Counted from the first letter of the stretch, positions 8,562-19,115 are shown. The stretch is 64,000 bases of DNA from Nitrospirota bacterium (GCA_963701855.1 CAVPBK010000007.1:1-64000); one strand, 5' to 3'. The notes: generated by a model from the letters alone, not told the origin. Translations and numbers: made by a program.

Positions 8562-10805
8562 ATGTTCAAAAAGAATGTTCTCCGTTGGAACGTCTGGCTT
8601 CTTTTAAGTTTCGGGTTGCCCCTCAGTGTCGGAGCGGACGATACCACCCTTGACCATCCGGGATTCGCACTCAGCACCCTGGACGGGTCAGGCAACGTCG
8701 GCCAATACAGCTCAGTGACCATCGGGGCTGACGACCTCGCCCTCATCAGCTACTACGACGCCACCAACGGCGACCTCAAGGTGGCCCATTGCGCCAACGT
8801 GGCCTGCACCTCCGCCACCCTCACCACGGTGGACAGCGCAGGCGACGTCGGCCAATACAGCTCAGTGACCATCGGGACCGACGGCCTAGCCCTGATCAGC
8901 TACTACGACGCCACCAATGGCGACCTCAAGGTGGCCCATTGCGCCGACTCGGCCTGCACCTCCGCCACCCGCACCACGATGGATAGCGCAGGCAACGTCG
9001 GCCAATACAACTCAGTGACCATCGGGACTGACGGCTTAGCCCTCATCAGTTATTACGATGAGACGAACGGCGATCTCAAGATGGCCCACTGCGCCGACTT
9101 GGCCTGCACCTCCGCCACCCGCACAACCCTCACTTTTCTCCAAAGCGAGGGCAATGTCGGTCTGTTCACCTCAGTGACCATCACCGGTGGCCACGGCCTC
9201 ATCACCTACTATGACAGCACTGACCAAGTCCTCAAATTGGCCTTCTGCCCAGACTTAGCCTGCACCTCTCCCACCGTCACGAATACCCCGGACCGCACAG
9301 GCAACGTCGGCCAGTACAGCTCAGTGACCATCGGGACTGACGGCCGAGCCCTCATCAGCTACTACGACGCCACCAATGGCGACCTCAAGGTAGCCCACTG
9401 CGCCGACTCGGCCGACTCGGCCTGTCCCTCTGTGACCCGCACAACCCTCCAAACCGAGGACAATGTCGGTCAGTTCACCTCAATAACCATTGGGACCGAT
9501 GGCCTAGGCCTCATCAGCTACTACGACGCCACCAATGGCGACCTCAAGGTGGCCCATTGCGCCGACTCGGCCTGCACCTCTGCCACCCGCACAACCCTCC
9601 AAAGCGAGGACAATGTCGGTCAGTTCACCTCAGTAACCATTGGGACCGATGGCCTGGGCCTCATCACTTACTACGACGTCACCAATGGAAGCCTCAAGGT
9701 GGCGCATTGCGCCAACGTGGCCTGCACCTCTGCCATCCGCACAACCCTGGATGGAGGAGCCCATAACGTAGGCGCGCCGTCTTCGATGATCATGGGAGCC
9801 GATGGCCTGGGCCTCATCAGCTACTACGACACCACTAACGGCGACCTCAAGGTGGCGCATTGCGCCAACGTGGCCTGCACCTCTGCCACCCGCACAACCC
9901 TGGACGGAGGAGCCCATAACGTAGGCGCGCCGTCTTCGATGATCATGGGAGCCGACAGCCTGGGCCTCATCAGCTACTACGACGCCACCAACGGCGACCT
10001 CAAGGTGGCCCACTGCGCCAACGTGGCCTGCACCTCCGCCACCCTCACCACAGTGGACAGCCCAGGCAGCGTCGGCCAATACAGCTCAGTGACCATCGGC
10101 ACTGACGGCTTAGCCCTCATCAGTTATTACGATGAGACGAACGGCGATCTCAAGATGGCCCACTGCGCCAACGTGGCCTGCACCTCCGCCACCCTCGCCA
10201 CGGTGGACAGCATAGGCAGCGTCGGCCAATACAACTCAGTGACCATCGGGGCCGACGGTTTGGCACTCATCAGCTATCACGATGAGACGAGCGGCGACCT
10301 CAAGGTGGCCCACTGCGCCAACGTGGCCTGCACCTCCGCCACCCTCATCACGATGGACAGCCCAGGCACCGTCGGCCAGTACAGCTCAGTGACTATCGGG
10401 TCCGATGGTTTGGCACTCATCAGCTATTACGATAAGACGAACGGCGACCTCAAAGTGGCTCACTGCGCCAACGTGACCTGCACCTCCGCCACCCTCACCA
10501 CGGTGGACAGCATAGGCACCGTCGGTCAGTACAGCTCAGTGACCATTGGGGCCGACGGTTTGGCACTCATCAGCTATCACGATGAGACGAGCGGCGACCT
10601 CAAGGTGGCCCACTGCGCCAACGTGACCTGCATCTCCGCCACCCTCATCACGATGGACAGCCCAGGCACCGTCGGCCAGTACAGCTCAGTGACTATCGGG
10701 TCCGATGGTTTGGCACTCATCAGCTATTACGATAAGACGAACGGCGACCTCAAAGTGGCTCACTGCGCCAACCTATTCTGCGTTCCTTACCACCGCCGCC
10801 GCTGA
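8562..10805 (+). CDS. Secreted protein with 14 ~50-aa Cys-pair repeats (probable double 7-bladed beta-propeller)
   Basis: Signal peptide MFKKNVLRW...SVGA; 14x VGQYSSVTIGxDGLALISYYDxTNGDLKVAHCxxxxC. Confidence 0.85.
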   Translation: MFKKNVLRWNVWLLLSFGLPLSVGADDTTLDHPGFALSTLDGSGNVGQYSSVTIGADDLALISYYDATNGDLKVAHCANVACTSATLTTVDSAGDVGQYSSVTIGTDGLALISYYDATNGDLKVAHCADSACTSATRTTMDSAGNVGQYNSVTIGTDGLALISYYDETNGDLKMAHCADLACTSATRTTLTFLQSEGNVGLFTSVTITGGHGLITYYDSTDQVLKLAFCPDLACTSPTVTNTPDRTGNVGQYSSVTIGTDGRALISYYDATNGDLKVAHCADSADSACPSVTRTTLQTEDNVGQFTSITIGTDGLGLISYYDATNGDLKVAHCADSACTSATRTTLQSEDNVGQFTSVTIGTDGLGLITYYDVTNGSLKVAHCANVACTSAIRTTLDGGAHNVGAPSSMIMGADGLGLISYYDTTNGDLKVAHCANVACTSATRTTLDGGAHNVGAPSSMIMGADSLGLISYYDATNGDLKVAHCANVACTSATLTTVDSPGSVGQYSSVTIGTDGLALISYYDETNGDLKMAHCANVACTSATLATVDSIGSVGQYNSVTIGADGLALISYHDETSGDLKVAHCANVACTSATLITMDSPGTVGQYSSVTIGSDGLALISYYDKTNGDLKVAHCANVTCTSATLTTVDSIGTVGQYSSVTIGADGLALISYHDETSGDLKVAHCANVTCISATLITMDSPGTVGQYSSVTIGSDGLALISYYDKTNGDLKVAHCANLFCVPYHRRR

Positions 10806-10853
10806 GCAGTTGAGGATGACCGCGTCGCACGATGAAACAGGGCGTAACCAAGT

Positions 10854-10974
10854 TGTAAGCCCTCGATTAATTTAAATAAGCGAGAAACCAGACGGAAAAT
10901 CAGGGTGATAAGAAATTCCCTCTTACGGCCTCATAACCCAAAGATCGAAGGTTCAAATCCTTCCCCCGCAACCA
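10854..10974 (+). repeat. att-like element, tRNA-fMet family, copy 1 (attR-like)
   Basis: Arm homologous to 14766-14855, followed by tRNA 3' half. Confidence 0.85.
10930..10974 (+). tRNA. 3' half fragment of initiator tRNA-Met(CAT); non-functional
   Basis: CTCATAACCCAAAGATCGAAGGTTCAAATCCTTCCCCCGCAACCA; no D-arm or 5' acceptor strand upstream. Confidence 0.85.
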
Positions 10975-10982
10975 AGACTATC

Positions 10983-11013
10983 AAGGGGTTCAGCCATCCG
11001 GCCGAGCCCCCTT
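10983..11013 (+). terminator. Hairpin directly after the tRNA-fMet fragment
   Basis: AAGGGGTTCAGCC...GGCCGAGCCCCCTT imperfect stem. Confidence 0.5.
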
Positions 11014-11169
11014 CTGTTATGAAGTTCACAGGAAGTTAACGGGATGGTGGCAGGACGTGGAATAACGGGTACTCGCGGGCACAGTCAAGCGCACACTGTA
11101 CGGCGGTGAATGGCAAGAGTCATGGACGAGGTTTCATGCGATAATGTACTTCAAAGGTATCTGACTTGA

Positions 11170-12660
11170 GTGAATTGTTTAACACGAACTCTTTCTCATT
11201 GTTTTAACAAGGCGGTCACTGTGATCCGACCATTCGCCCTTCTTGCACTGATGCTCGCGATGTCGGCATGCACGCCCAACCGCATCATCTATCAGCACGC
11301 GGACCTCCTTGGCGGCCAGCATGACCTGTATGTGGTGCGGGAGGATGGGTCGAACCGGGCCGTGTTGGCGAAGAGTCCGGATGAGGAAACTGCCTGTGGC
11401 GTGACGACCGACCGCCGCATTGTCTTTACGCGTCAGACGCCCAATGGCGGCGATATTTATGTTGTGAATGAGGACGGAACGGGATTAGCCCCGGTGCGGA
11501 CCACCTCGGCTGATGAAGCCTGCTTTGGGGTCACGGGCAACAACATGGTGATTTTTGGGGTCACCGTTAGCGTAGTCAACCATGACCTCTATAGTATCTT
11601 CGTCAACGCAGCGACCACGGACACCCCTATTACACTCTCCGCGGCCCCGCGCGATGAACTCCCGATGGCGATTGGTTGGGACAATCGGATTGTGTATGCG
11701 AAACAGGATGTCGACGTGGCGATTGACGGACATCGGTACTCGTATAACAGCATCAATGATGACGGCTCGCAGTCGGCCCATGTCGCCGGCGTGTTCGAAG
11801 AGCCACGCTATGTCGCAATTAGTCCAGGGCACCGGATGATTTGGACGAGACCGGGTTCCCCGCCGAATGGCGGACTGTTTAGCACGACCACGGGACCAGC
11901 GCCGACCACTGCGGCGTTGAATACGTTTCTCCATAACCTCGGATGGATCGAAGACCGCTTCTGCGGCTTTACCCCGAATGGCCGACTCCTCCTCACGTCC
12001 CGCGGCTTTTATCCGGTCGACGGAATCCCGACAGGCTTTGCCAGCATATATGTGATGGCAGATGACGGCGGTGGCCGAGTGTTGATCAATCCAGGGCCGC
12101 GGAATTTTAATGAACTGTGCGTCGGTGCGACGGACGACTGGGTCATCGTGGCCCGCTACCCCGATACCATCGACCCCACTCGGGGAGGGCCCACGGCGCT
12201 CTGGAGTTATCCGATCAATGGCACCGGCCGTCCTGTTCGAATCGCAACTGCGCCATCCACCAATAGCTTCGCCCTCGCTTTTGAAGGGGTTGCCGTACAA
12301 GGTCGTGTGCTCTTTACGACCTACGATGCGGCTTCCCAGCAATATTCGCATTTCAGCATCAATCCGGATGGGTCAGGACTGGTCACCTTAACGGTCAGCA
12401 CCGGTGGCCCCACGGCCTTAACCCTGGGACAGGTGGTCTATTCCTTACAAGGAGGGCAGCAATATAACCTCGGAATTGTTCCCGCCGGTGGGCAGAGCGC
12501 ACTCACCAATCTCGCTGGGCAGGCGGTCGAAAATTGGACCTCCTTCGTGTATCGCACGGATTTTATGACCGGCACGGCCACACGCTGCCGCGTCTGCTGG
12601 CCCCACAGTATCGTCGATCGCGGCGGGATTCCAATCCCGAGCCCTCTGCCGCCACCCTAG
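11170..12660 (+). CDS. TolB/PD40-like beta-propeller lipoprotein (start possibly GTG 11221)
   Basis: Lipobox MSAC; repeated DLYVVREDGS / DIYVVNEDGTG / SINPDGSG motifs. Confidence 0.7.
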   Translation: MNCLTRTLSHCFNKAVTVIRPFALLALMLAMSACTPNRIIYQHADLLGGQHDLYVVREDGSNRAVLAKSPDEETACGVTTDRRIVFTRQTPNGGDIYVVNEDGTGLAPVRTTSADEACFGVTGNNMVIFGVTVSVVNHDLYSIFVNAATTDTPITLSAAPRDELPMAIGWDNRIVYAKQDVDVAIDGHRYSYNSINDDGSQSAHVAGVFEEPRYVAISPGHRMIWTRPGSPPNGGLFSTTTGPAPTTAALNTFLHNLGWIEDRFCGFTPNGRLLLTSRGFYPVDGIPTGFASIYVMADDGGGRVLINPGPRNFNELCVGATDDWVIVARYPDTIDPTRGGPTALWSYPINGTGRPVRIATAPSTNSFALAFEGVAVQGRVLFTTYDAASQQYSHFSINPDGSGLVTLTVSTGGPTALTLGQVVYSLQGGQQYNLGIVPAGGQSALTNLAGQAVENWTSFVYRTDFMTGTATRCRVCWPHSIVDRGGIPIPSPLPPP

Positions 12661-13051
12661 CGGGACGGCCGTGTCGCATCACGGTCGGATATACGATCCC
12701 TCCTATGGGCTGGCGCTGCATGCCTCAGACATATCTGGGTTGAAGTCCGAAGATGTCTATACGTCTTTGCAGACTGACTGACAAGGAGGAACCTCGCCAG
12801 ATCAAGGCAAGACATTCCAAAATCTTGCGAGTGCGGCGTCCACTGCTCGAGCAATGGCAGCCAAACTTGAAGGGAAGGAGCCAACGATCCCCTGTACAAT
12901 AACTCCAGTTTTCGTCGGTTACGAGAAGCTTCGCACACAGGCGCAGATACCTGAATTCGAAACGCTGTGCAGGGACCCCAAGACATATTAAGGGGTCCAG
13001 CCTGGTCAATTGTCTAGGTCTTCCGGCTAGGATGTACGTGAGGATAGCCAA

Positions 13052-14659
13052 ATGAACACTAATATACCCGCAATAGATAAGGTTTTTGTCCTTGTGCTTG
13101 AAAATAGATCATTTGATCACATGCTAGGCTTCTCCAATATTCAGGGAACCGACGTCATCACTGGAAAGACCCGAACAATTAATGGTCTCACGGACGGTAA
13201 ATATTTCAACCTAGATCCGCAAGGGCAGCTCGTTTATGCCACGATTGGTGCGTCAGCGAGCCTGACAAGAGATCCAGGCCATGAGTTTAAGGATGTACTA
13301 GAACAGTTGTGTGGGACAGGCGCATCAATCGACACCTCGACCGGGGCGTATCCCAAACTCACTAATTCCGGATTCGTCTCAAACTATCGATCTCACGCTA
13401 CTGAGCCAGGACCTGTGCCGGTAATGCAGGGCTTCGGACCAGGCCAGCTTTCAGTGCTCGAAAGCCTTGCCAGAGAATTCGCTGTGTGCGATTCATGGTA
13501 TTCCTCGATTCCTGGAGCGACGTGGCCAAACAGGTTCTTTTTTCATGCGGCTTCCTCGGGGGGCATGGTCGAAAGTGCCTCAGACTGGGCCATGTTCAAC
13601 AGTACCTTTTTCCAAGGATATAACTTTCAACACGGTACAATTTTCGATTTGCTCGACGCCGCAAAGATAGACTGGTGTATATACGAAGGCGACGCATTCC
13701 CCCAGTCTTATGCAATGAAAGGGATGACCAGGCAATGGATTAGGAATAAGCGATTTTTGGACTTCTCGAGGTTTGCTCGAGATGTCTCACAGACCACCTT
13801 CAGCCCTCGGTACGTTTTTATAGAACCAAATTATGGACGGGATATTCTGCCACCAGCGGATTTCGTTGGCGGAAACTCCCAACATCCATTGGACGACGTT
13901 TTTATGGGAGAGAAGCTAATAAAAGATGTCTATGAAGCAGTGAGAAATTCGCCGCACTGGGAACGCAGCCTATTAGTCGTATCCTATGATGAGCACGGAG
14001 GATTCTATGATCATGTTCCTCCACTTACTGCAGCTATACCTCCTGGTGATGCTGCAACTGTGCCTCGACAGCCGAAATTTGATTTCAGACAATACGGCGT
14101 TCGCGTACCGACGATAATCATATCGCCCTATACAGCTCGCAACCTCATTGATAGTACGCTGTATGATCATTCATCACTTCTGAGAACCGTTGAATTGTTA
14201 TTTGACCTGCCAACGCTAACTGACCGCGACGCCAATTCCGCTGACTTTGTCCATTTGCTTCGATCAGTGCAACAGCCCCGCAGTCTTGCACCTCCCACGG
14301 TCCCATCGGGGTCTGCACCAAGACAGATGTCTAAAGACCCGGCTGCTGGGAACGGTGGTCCTGACTTTTTTGCTCCGGACAAGGTACACTCTGATGACTC
14401 AAAGAATGAAGAGTCAAAGATAACTCGTATAGAGATTGATATAGAGAATAGACTTTTGAAACCTCATCAGTATGATTGGTTACATGTCGCGTTTCTCAGA
14501 GATTTGGCAATCCGCCAACACGACCAACCTGACGCGTTATCGTTAGACCAGCTACGTCGAGAAGTGGTCCCTATCAGAACGGTTGGCCAGGCCCGGAACT
14601 ACATGGAGACAGTGCGTCAGAAAGTGAAAGAATTTAAGCGTCGATTGGATCTGTTGTAA
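13052..14659 (+). CDS. Phosphoesterase / phospholipase C-like (alkaline phosphatase superfamily)
   Basis: VLVLENRSFDHMLG, TWPNR, YDEHGGFYDHV, GVRVP, YDHSSLLRT; visibly more AT-rich than flanks. Confidence 0.9.
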   Translation: MNTNIPAIDKVFVLVLENRSFDHMLGFSNIQGTDVITGKTRTINGLTDGKYFNLDPQGQLVYATIGASASLTRDPGHEFKDVLEQLCGTGASIDTSTGAYPKLTNSGFVSNYRSHATEPGPVPVMQGFGPGQLSVLESLAREFAVCDSWYSSIPGATWPNRFFFHAASSGGMVESASDWAMFNSTFFQGYNFQHGTIFDLLDAAKIDWCIYEGDAFPQSYAMKGMTRQWIRNKRFLDFSRFARDVSQTTFSPRYVFIEPNYGRDILPPADFVGGNSQHPLDDVFMGEKLIKDVYEAVRNSPHWERSLLVVSYDEHGGFYDHVPPLTAAIPPGDAATVPRQPKFDFRQYGVRVPTIIISPYTARNLIDSTLYDHSSLLRTVELLFDLPTLTDRDANSADFVHLLRSVQQPRSLAPPTVPSGSAPRQMSKDPAAGNGGPDFFAPDKVHSDDSKNEESKITRIEIDIENRLLKPHQYDWLHVAFLRDLAIRQHDQPDALSLDQLRREVVPIRTVGQARNYMETVRQKVKEFKRRLDLL

Positions 14660-14765
14660 GGGAACGCGGAGCGCCGACATGCTACCAAAAATGCTCTGCT
14701 AATTTTGTGCGAAAGAGCATCGAAACGAATAGAATTATTAGGAGTGACCGCAACAAATAGAACGC

Positions 14766-14855
14766 TGTAAGCCCTCGATTACTTTATAATAGCGAGAAAC
14801 CAGACGGAAAATCATGGTGTTAAGAAAATACCCCTTACGGCCTCATACCCCAAAG
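14766..14855 (+). repeat. att-like element, tRNA-fMet family, copy 2 (core only)
   Basis: Homologous to 10854-10943; ends CTCATACCCCAAAG, then unrelated sequence. Confidence 0.8.
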
Positions 14856-15115
14856 TGCACATCGTGCAATCAAGTACTCCAGATCGCTTGGTACATGCGT
14901 TCTGGACTTTCCCTGAAAATGGTCCCCCGTTACTAGTTCCCAACAAGGGAAAGCTCGCCAGCGTGGAGGCACCACACCTCAAAGAAATCTTAGAAAGGGT
15001 CGATGCGACAGACCGTTTCATAGATGGGTTCTTTAAGGCCATGCTTCCAATCAATAATCCCTCATCTGGATCACTCCCGCTCCCAATCTAGGGAAACATC
15101 TTGAGGGCTCTTTTG

Positions 15116-15288
15116 CTGTAGCTTAACTGTAGCGGAACCATCGTGCCCGATCTGGTTTGATCAGTCTTTCATCTGCCGCTGGCCTTCGTAAATGATTGAG
15201 ATAGAACCGATACGGTGAGATCAGGCCCTATAGTCTCTGGGACATCGGGGGTTTCAAATCTCGCCCCCTCCGCCTAAGACAGGAGCAG
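15116..15288 (+). repeat. att-like element, tRNA-Ser-like family, copy 2
   Basis: CTGTAGCTTAACTGTAGC arm repeat; TTCAAATCTCGCCCCCTCCGCC at 15253-15274. Confidence 0.7.
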
Positions 15289-15386
15289 GCACAGGCAGAC
15301 ACCTGTATCAGGAGCAGCATCACCGGATACCGAACGACCACGGGCATGAACTCGGTATGCCACCGCCGCTCTCTTCGCTTCCGCAC

Positions 15387-15848
15387 TCACTTGAGCGACC
15401 GCTCAATCAATCGGGCTTCGACCATTAACCGTTTGTGCTCCAGATCGAGCCGTTTTTGCCAGAATGTATCCAGATTCTTCCGATACTCCCGTTCATGAAT
15501 GGTCCATTTCTGGAGCAGCCGCGATTTGTCGTCCGGATTACGGTTCGACGCAATCATCTGAGCTTTCACAAAGTGCAGATGGTTCAGCTGCAGCACCAAT
15601 TGTTGCTGTCGCAGTTGCGAGTGGATTAGATCCATCGCTCGAAACGCTTGCAGCATCGTGTCCTGCGTATCGGGGAACTGCTCGAGTTCTTCAAGTCGTT
15701 TTGTGGCACGATCGCTGCTCACATCAAAATGGATGATGTCGTCGTTCAATATGCCCAGCACCGGATCCACGAATTCCGCTGGCTGATGGGCAGCATTGGT
15801 CGTCCCGACGCATCCCACCGTCACCACCAACAGGAGACTCGCTCCCAT
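15387..15848 (-). CDS. Hypothetical coiled-coil lipoprotein
   Basis: Lipobox TVGC; helical charged composition. Confidence 0.6.
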   Translation of the reverse strand: MGASLLLVVTVGCVGTTNAAHQPAEFVDPVLGILNDDIIHFDVSSDRATKRLEELEQFPDTQDTMLQAFRAMDLIHSQLRQQQLVLQLNHLHFVKAQMIASNRNPDDKSRLLQKWTIHEREYRKNLDTFWQKRLDLEHKRLMVEARLIERSLK

Positions 15849-16130
15849 TGCTTGCTATCGTTTTTCCGTGCCGCTCATATTCCCTCCCTCCCTCCCTCCC
15901 TCCCTCATGTTCACCCAGCTCGCGCTGAGATCGGTACGAGTCGGGATCTGGCGTCTGGTTACCAGGTTAAAGCTATCTGGGTCAATCCAGGTCGGTTGTA
16001 GATGGGTTCGATGATAGCAACAAAAAAATCAACAAACGGCTTTGAGACCAGACGCTAGATTATGCGCTTCCCTGTGTCATCTCCTCCCTTCAACAGATGG
16101 CTACTCTCCTGACCACTTTTCGAACTCCCC

Positions 16131-16700
16131 CTACTGCTGCGGGACGCAGGACGTGTGCTCCGGAAGAGGGGAATAGCCAGCTCCAACATTCTCCTTAAAT
16201 TCGGCGATTTCGGTCCTACCTGTCTGCCACACATGGAGGCAGTCGGCAATCAAGAAGAGCTCGGTCTTCGGCAGGCCGTTCACTACGACCGGTCGTCTGC
16301 TCGTGGTTGTTCCCACAACGATGAAGCGGTTCCCGTTTTGTAGATCCTGAAATTCAAGTGCTCCTGGATAGAGAAAGGCGAATTCATGGTCACCAGTTCT
16401 ATTGACATCTTCCGTGGGTCCATACACGGGATGGTTCACGATGGGAAGTTGTTCCGCGACAACCATGATGCCTTTGTCGTTCCTGGTCACCTGTACGATC
16501 CGGCCCCCCAGCTGGATTTTAATATCTGAATCGGAACTTCCTAATAAATTCATGGGAGGCGCATCACGCCACGCCTCAAAATCAAAATCCGGAGAGACCT
16601 TTTCCAACACTTTGGGTGGGAACGGTGTGGCAGGGGCGCACCCAGACAGCACTGCGCATACGGTCATGATAGTGAATGTGATGAGATGAATCCGTTTCAT
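16131..16700 (-). CDS. Slp-family outer membrane lipoprotein
   Basis: Lipobox LSGC, IQLGGRIVQV, EQLP, RFIVVG, CLHVW; GGAGG RBS. Confidence 0.8.
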   Translation of the reverse strand: MKRIHLITFTIMTVCAVLSGCAPATPFPPKVLEKVSPDFDFEAWRDAPPMNLLGSSDSDIKIQLGGRIVQVTRNDKGIMVVAEQLPIVNHPVYGPTEDVNRTGDHEFAFLYPGALEFQDLQNGNRFIVVGTTTSRRPVVVNGLPKTELFLIADCLHVWQTGRTEIAEFKENVGAGYSPLPEHTSCVPQQ

Positions 16701-16829
16701 GGGACGACCTCCTTTGTTAGGTGGATAGTCGTATTAATCGAAAATCGCAATTTTCCCCAAGATTCAATCCCAGCCTGGGGCTGCCTGCTCACCTTCAAGA
16801 ACGCGCCTGGAATGTAGAAAACGCTTGGT

Positions 16830-17041
16830 GGACGGGTGGATGGTCGGGGGTGTTGGCTATTATGGAAAATCCAAAAACTTCGCTGATAAAGCGGCTGGGC
16901 CTCGCTGTATTGTTCTTGAACCTGATACGGGTTGGTGAGACGGATCGCTCTATTAGGCTGATCAGGAGTGCGCGCCACCTGGTCAATCCGGAGCGCCCTC
17001 CTACCAAGGATCTCTGCCTCGTTCCATTGGGTCAAACACAC
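16830..17041 (-). pseudogene. TPR-protein remnant
   Basis: EAEILGRRALRI and QYSEAQPLYQRS TPR-like segments. Confidence 0.4.
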
Positions 17042-17163
17042 TGTGGTGCCTCACAGCACAGCGGTTCTTGACCTTTTTTACCAGCTCTAATCTACTCCGC
17101 TTGGAGTCCAGCGCATGCTAGTGAAAACCCTAGCCATCGAGATTGGATGCGGAATTACTGCAG

Positions 17164-17412
17164 ATCTTGTCCCCAGTCTTTCCATTGTGCATCCAAAAAG
17201 CCATTTCCAGATACAAACCCTACCTGTTTCCGGCGTGTTCCATTTACAGCAAAAAGGCTTAACACGGCCTCACTCCACCTGAATAGAACTAAATGGCCAA
17301 ATCAGCGCGAAGCCGCTATAGGATGGACCTTCAGCTCTACTGGCAAGGGTTTGCGTGGACGTACTGGAAAGGCTTAGAAGGCTGATGCTCTATCCGACTG
17401 AGCTATGGGTGC
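17164..17412. repeat. att-like element, tRNA-Arg(TCT) family, copy 3
   Basis: Arm near-identical to 7067-7290, joined to tRNA 5' half. Confidence 0.88.
17372..17412 (-). tRNA. 5' half fragment of tRNA-Arg(TCT); non-functional
   Basis: Reverse complement GCACCCATAGCTCAGTCGGATAGAGCATCAGCCTTCTAAGC: acceptor 5' strand, D-arm and anticodon loop; T-arm absent. Confidence 0.85.
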
Positions 17413-17660
17413 CCGCCCTTCGCACGTTCCGCGTTCTCTTCTTCGACCATAGCGCTGTTTCAACCTCATCCCACGGAATATATTTTCGTATCGCTGCGGA
17501 TTTCTGTTGGAGAGAGGACGCTCCCTTGCATGCCCGTCGAGCAGAGATAACAAGCTCGTTTCTCACTTCGGCCACCTTGATCAGCCATAGCAGCATCTTG
17601 GATTCGACAATGTGGTTATAGGCGTATCTGGCATCTCGGATCGCTTTGCTCTTGCGGCGG
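17390..17660 (-). pseudogene. C-terminal fragment of a conserved hypothetical gene
   Basis: Protein-like RDARYAYNHIVESKMLLWLI...AAIRKYIPW segment; upstream part of the ORF does not look coding. Confidence 0.45.
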
Positions 17661-17996
17661 CACGCCCCTTTGTCGTTGCGTAACTCGGACGGTTCGACGG
17701 CAGAGGAAGGCTTGACAGAGTTCGCTACTGCCGCTCCCAGCACTTGTTGCACAGCAGGTGCTGCAGGTACCGTTGCAGTTGCGTGACCATGCGACCTGGA
17801 CCTGACGGTAGACAATATACATTGCATAATGTAATGTATGCATGACACATTCTTCGAGAGTAACCGTCTTTTTGACTGGTCTCTGGTCGCAGAGGTCAGT
17901 GGTATGGACATGCGATCAGCCGTTTGGAAATTGGTAGAACACGAAACGGTAACGGTCGGTCGTTACTTATACCATCTTTATATTTGAGGACTTATC

Positions 17997-19115
17997 ATGC
18001 GCTACAACCGTGGAAGGCGATGGGCATCTATTGTTCTTTTCATGGTTGTAGCTCCCCTGATCATGCTCCCCCCAATCGTGCTGGCAGATCTCGATGACAT
18101 TTGTCAGACATGCTACAACATGGTCAATCGGATTTTTCCTCCAGCGCCAAAGGAAGATATTGAGAAATACCGAAAGAGTTGGAATCCGTTTGCGGCCGGT
18201 CCGATGCTGAATCCAGCAATCGATATTCAGCCGCAAGGGCAGACGGTCATCCATCCCTATTTCTTCGGAACCATAGGACACCAACAGTTCGGGAATAAGT
18301 TCGGGACGAACACGTCAGACTCGCCGACGCACCTCAGTGCGAGCTTGATGCTGCTGCCGATTGAGTATGGCGTGACCGACTCGATGGAGGCTTCGGTGGC
18401 ATTCAGTTTTATCGACTGGTTTGCCACCCAGCAGAACTTCAATCCCGACAAAACCCACAATGCAAATGGACTCGGGGACACCTCGATCTTTCTCAAACAC
18501 AGACCCATTGTCCAGGATCCGGATAGTTGGCGTCCCACGGTGACCTTCTACCATAGCGTCGTCTTGCCGACCAGCCAATGGGCGGGCACCACTTCCATTC
18601 CAGGAGGATTCGCCCCCATCGGTCGACTCCCAGCCACACGATTCGGTGATCTGACCCTCACCGAGGGAATCATGATGCGCAAAAATATTCAGCCGTTTCG
18701 GTTCATGGGTGCGGTGTACTATTCCTATGCCACCCCCGGAAACACCGCAGGGATGAACAAGTACCCGAGTGATCTTATCAATTGGCGTCTGATGATGGAG
18801 CACGTCCTTGATGACTCCAAGGGGTTTGGCTATATGATCGAATTAATAGGGCTGCACGCTCTTCCCTGGCGAGCCGATGGACATGATATCAATGTGCCTG
18901 CGACCGCTCCCGCCAAGGGATTTCCTCCCAGCGGTCCCACCTTTTCAGTCATTGGGGTCCAGCCATCGATAGAGTACAAGTTTTCGAACAACATTGTGTT
19001 GGCTGGTGGTGTCCTCTTCACCCCATTTGGTCAGAACCAGCTGGATGCGATCTATCCCAACTTCACGCTCTATTATTACTGGGGTAGTAAAGACCGGCCT
19101 GTCACGATGCGATAG
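17997..19115 (+). CDS. Probable outer-membrane beta-barrel (MetA-pathway/transporter-like)
   Basis: Signal peptide; IEYGVTDSMEASV, GLGDTSIFLK, terminal amphipathic strand FTLYYYW. Confidence 0.6.
   Translation: MRYNRGRRWASIVLFMVVAPLIMLPPIVLADLDDICQTCYNMVNRIFPPAPKEDIEKYRKSWNPFAAGPMLNPAIDIQPQGQTVIHPYFFGTIGHQQFGNKFGTNTSDSPTHLSASLMLLPIEYGVTDSMEASVAFSFIDWFATQQNFNPDKTHNANGLGDTSIFLKHRPIVQDPDSWRPTVTFYHSVVLPTSQWAGTTSIPGGFAPIGRLPATRFGDLTLTEGIMMRKNIQPFRFMGAVYYSYATPGNTAGMNKYPSDLINWRLMMEHVLDDSKGFGYMIELIGLHALPWRADGHDINVPATAPAKGFPPSGPTFSVIGVQPSIEYKFSNNIVLAGGVLFTPFGQNQLDAIYPNFTLYYYWGSKDRPVTMR

Noticed and set aside
3827..10805. Regular DNA repeats that could suggest a CRISPR array or DGR
   Set aside because: They are in-frame 159-nt and ~150-nt coding repeats with no unique spacers; no cas gene or reverse transcriptase is present
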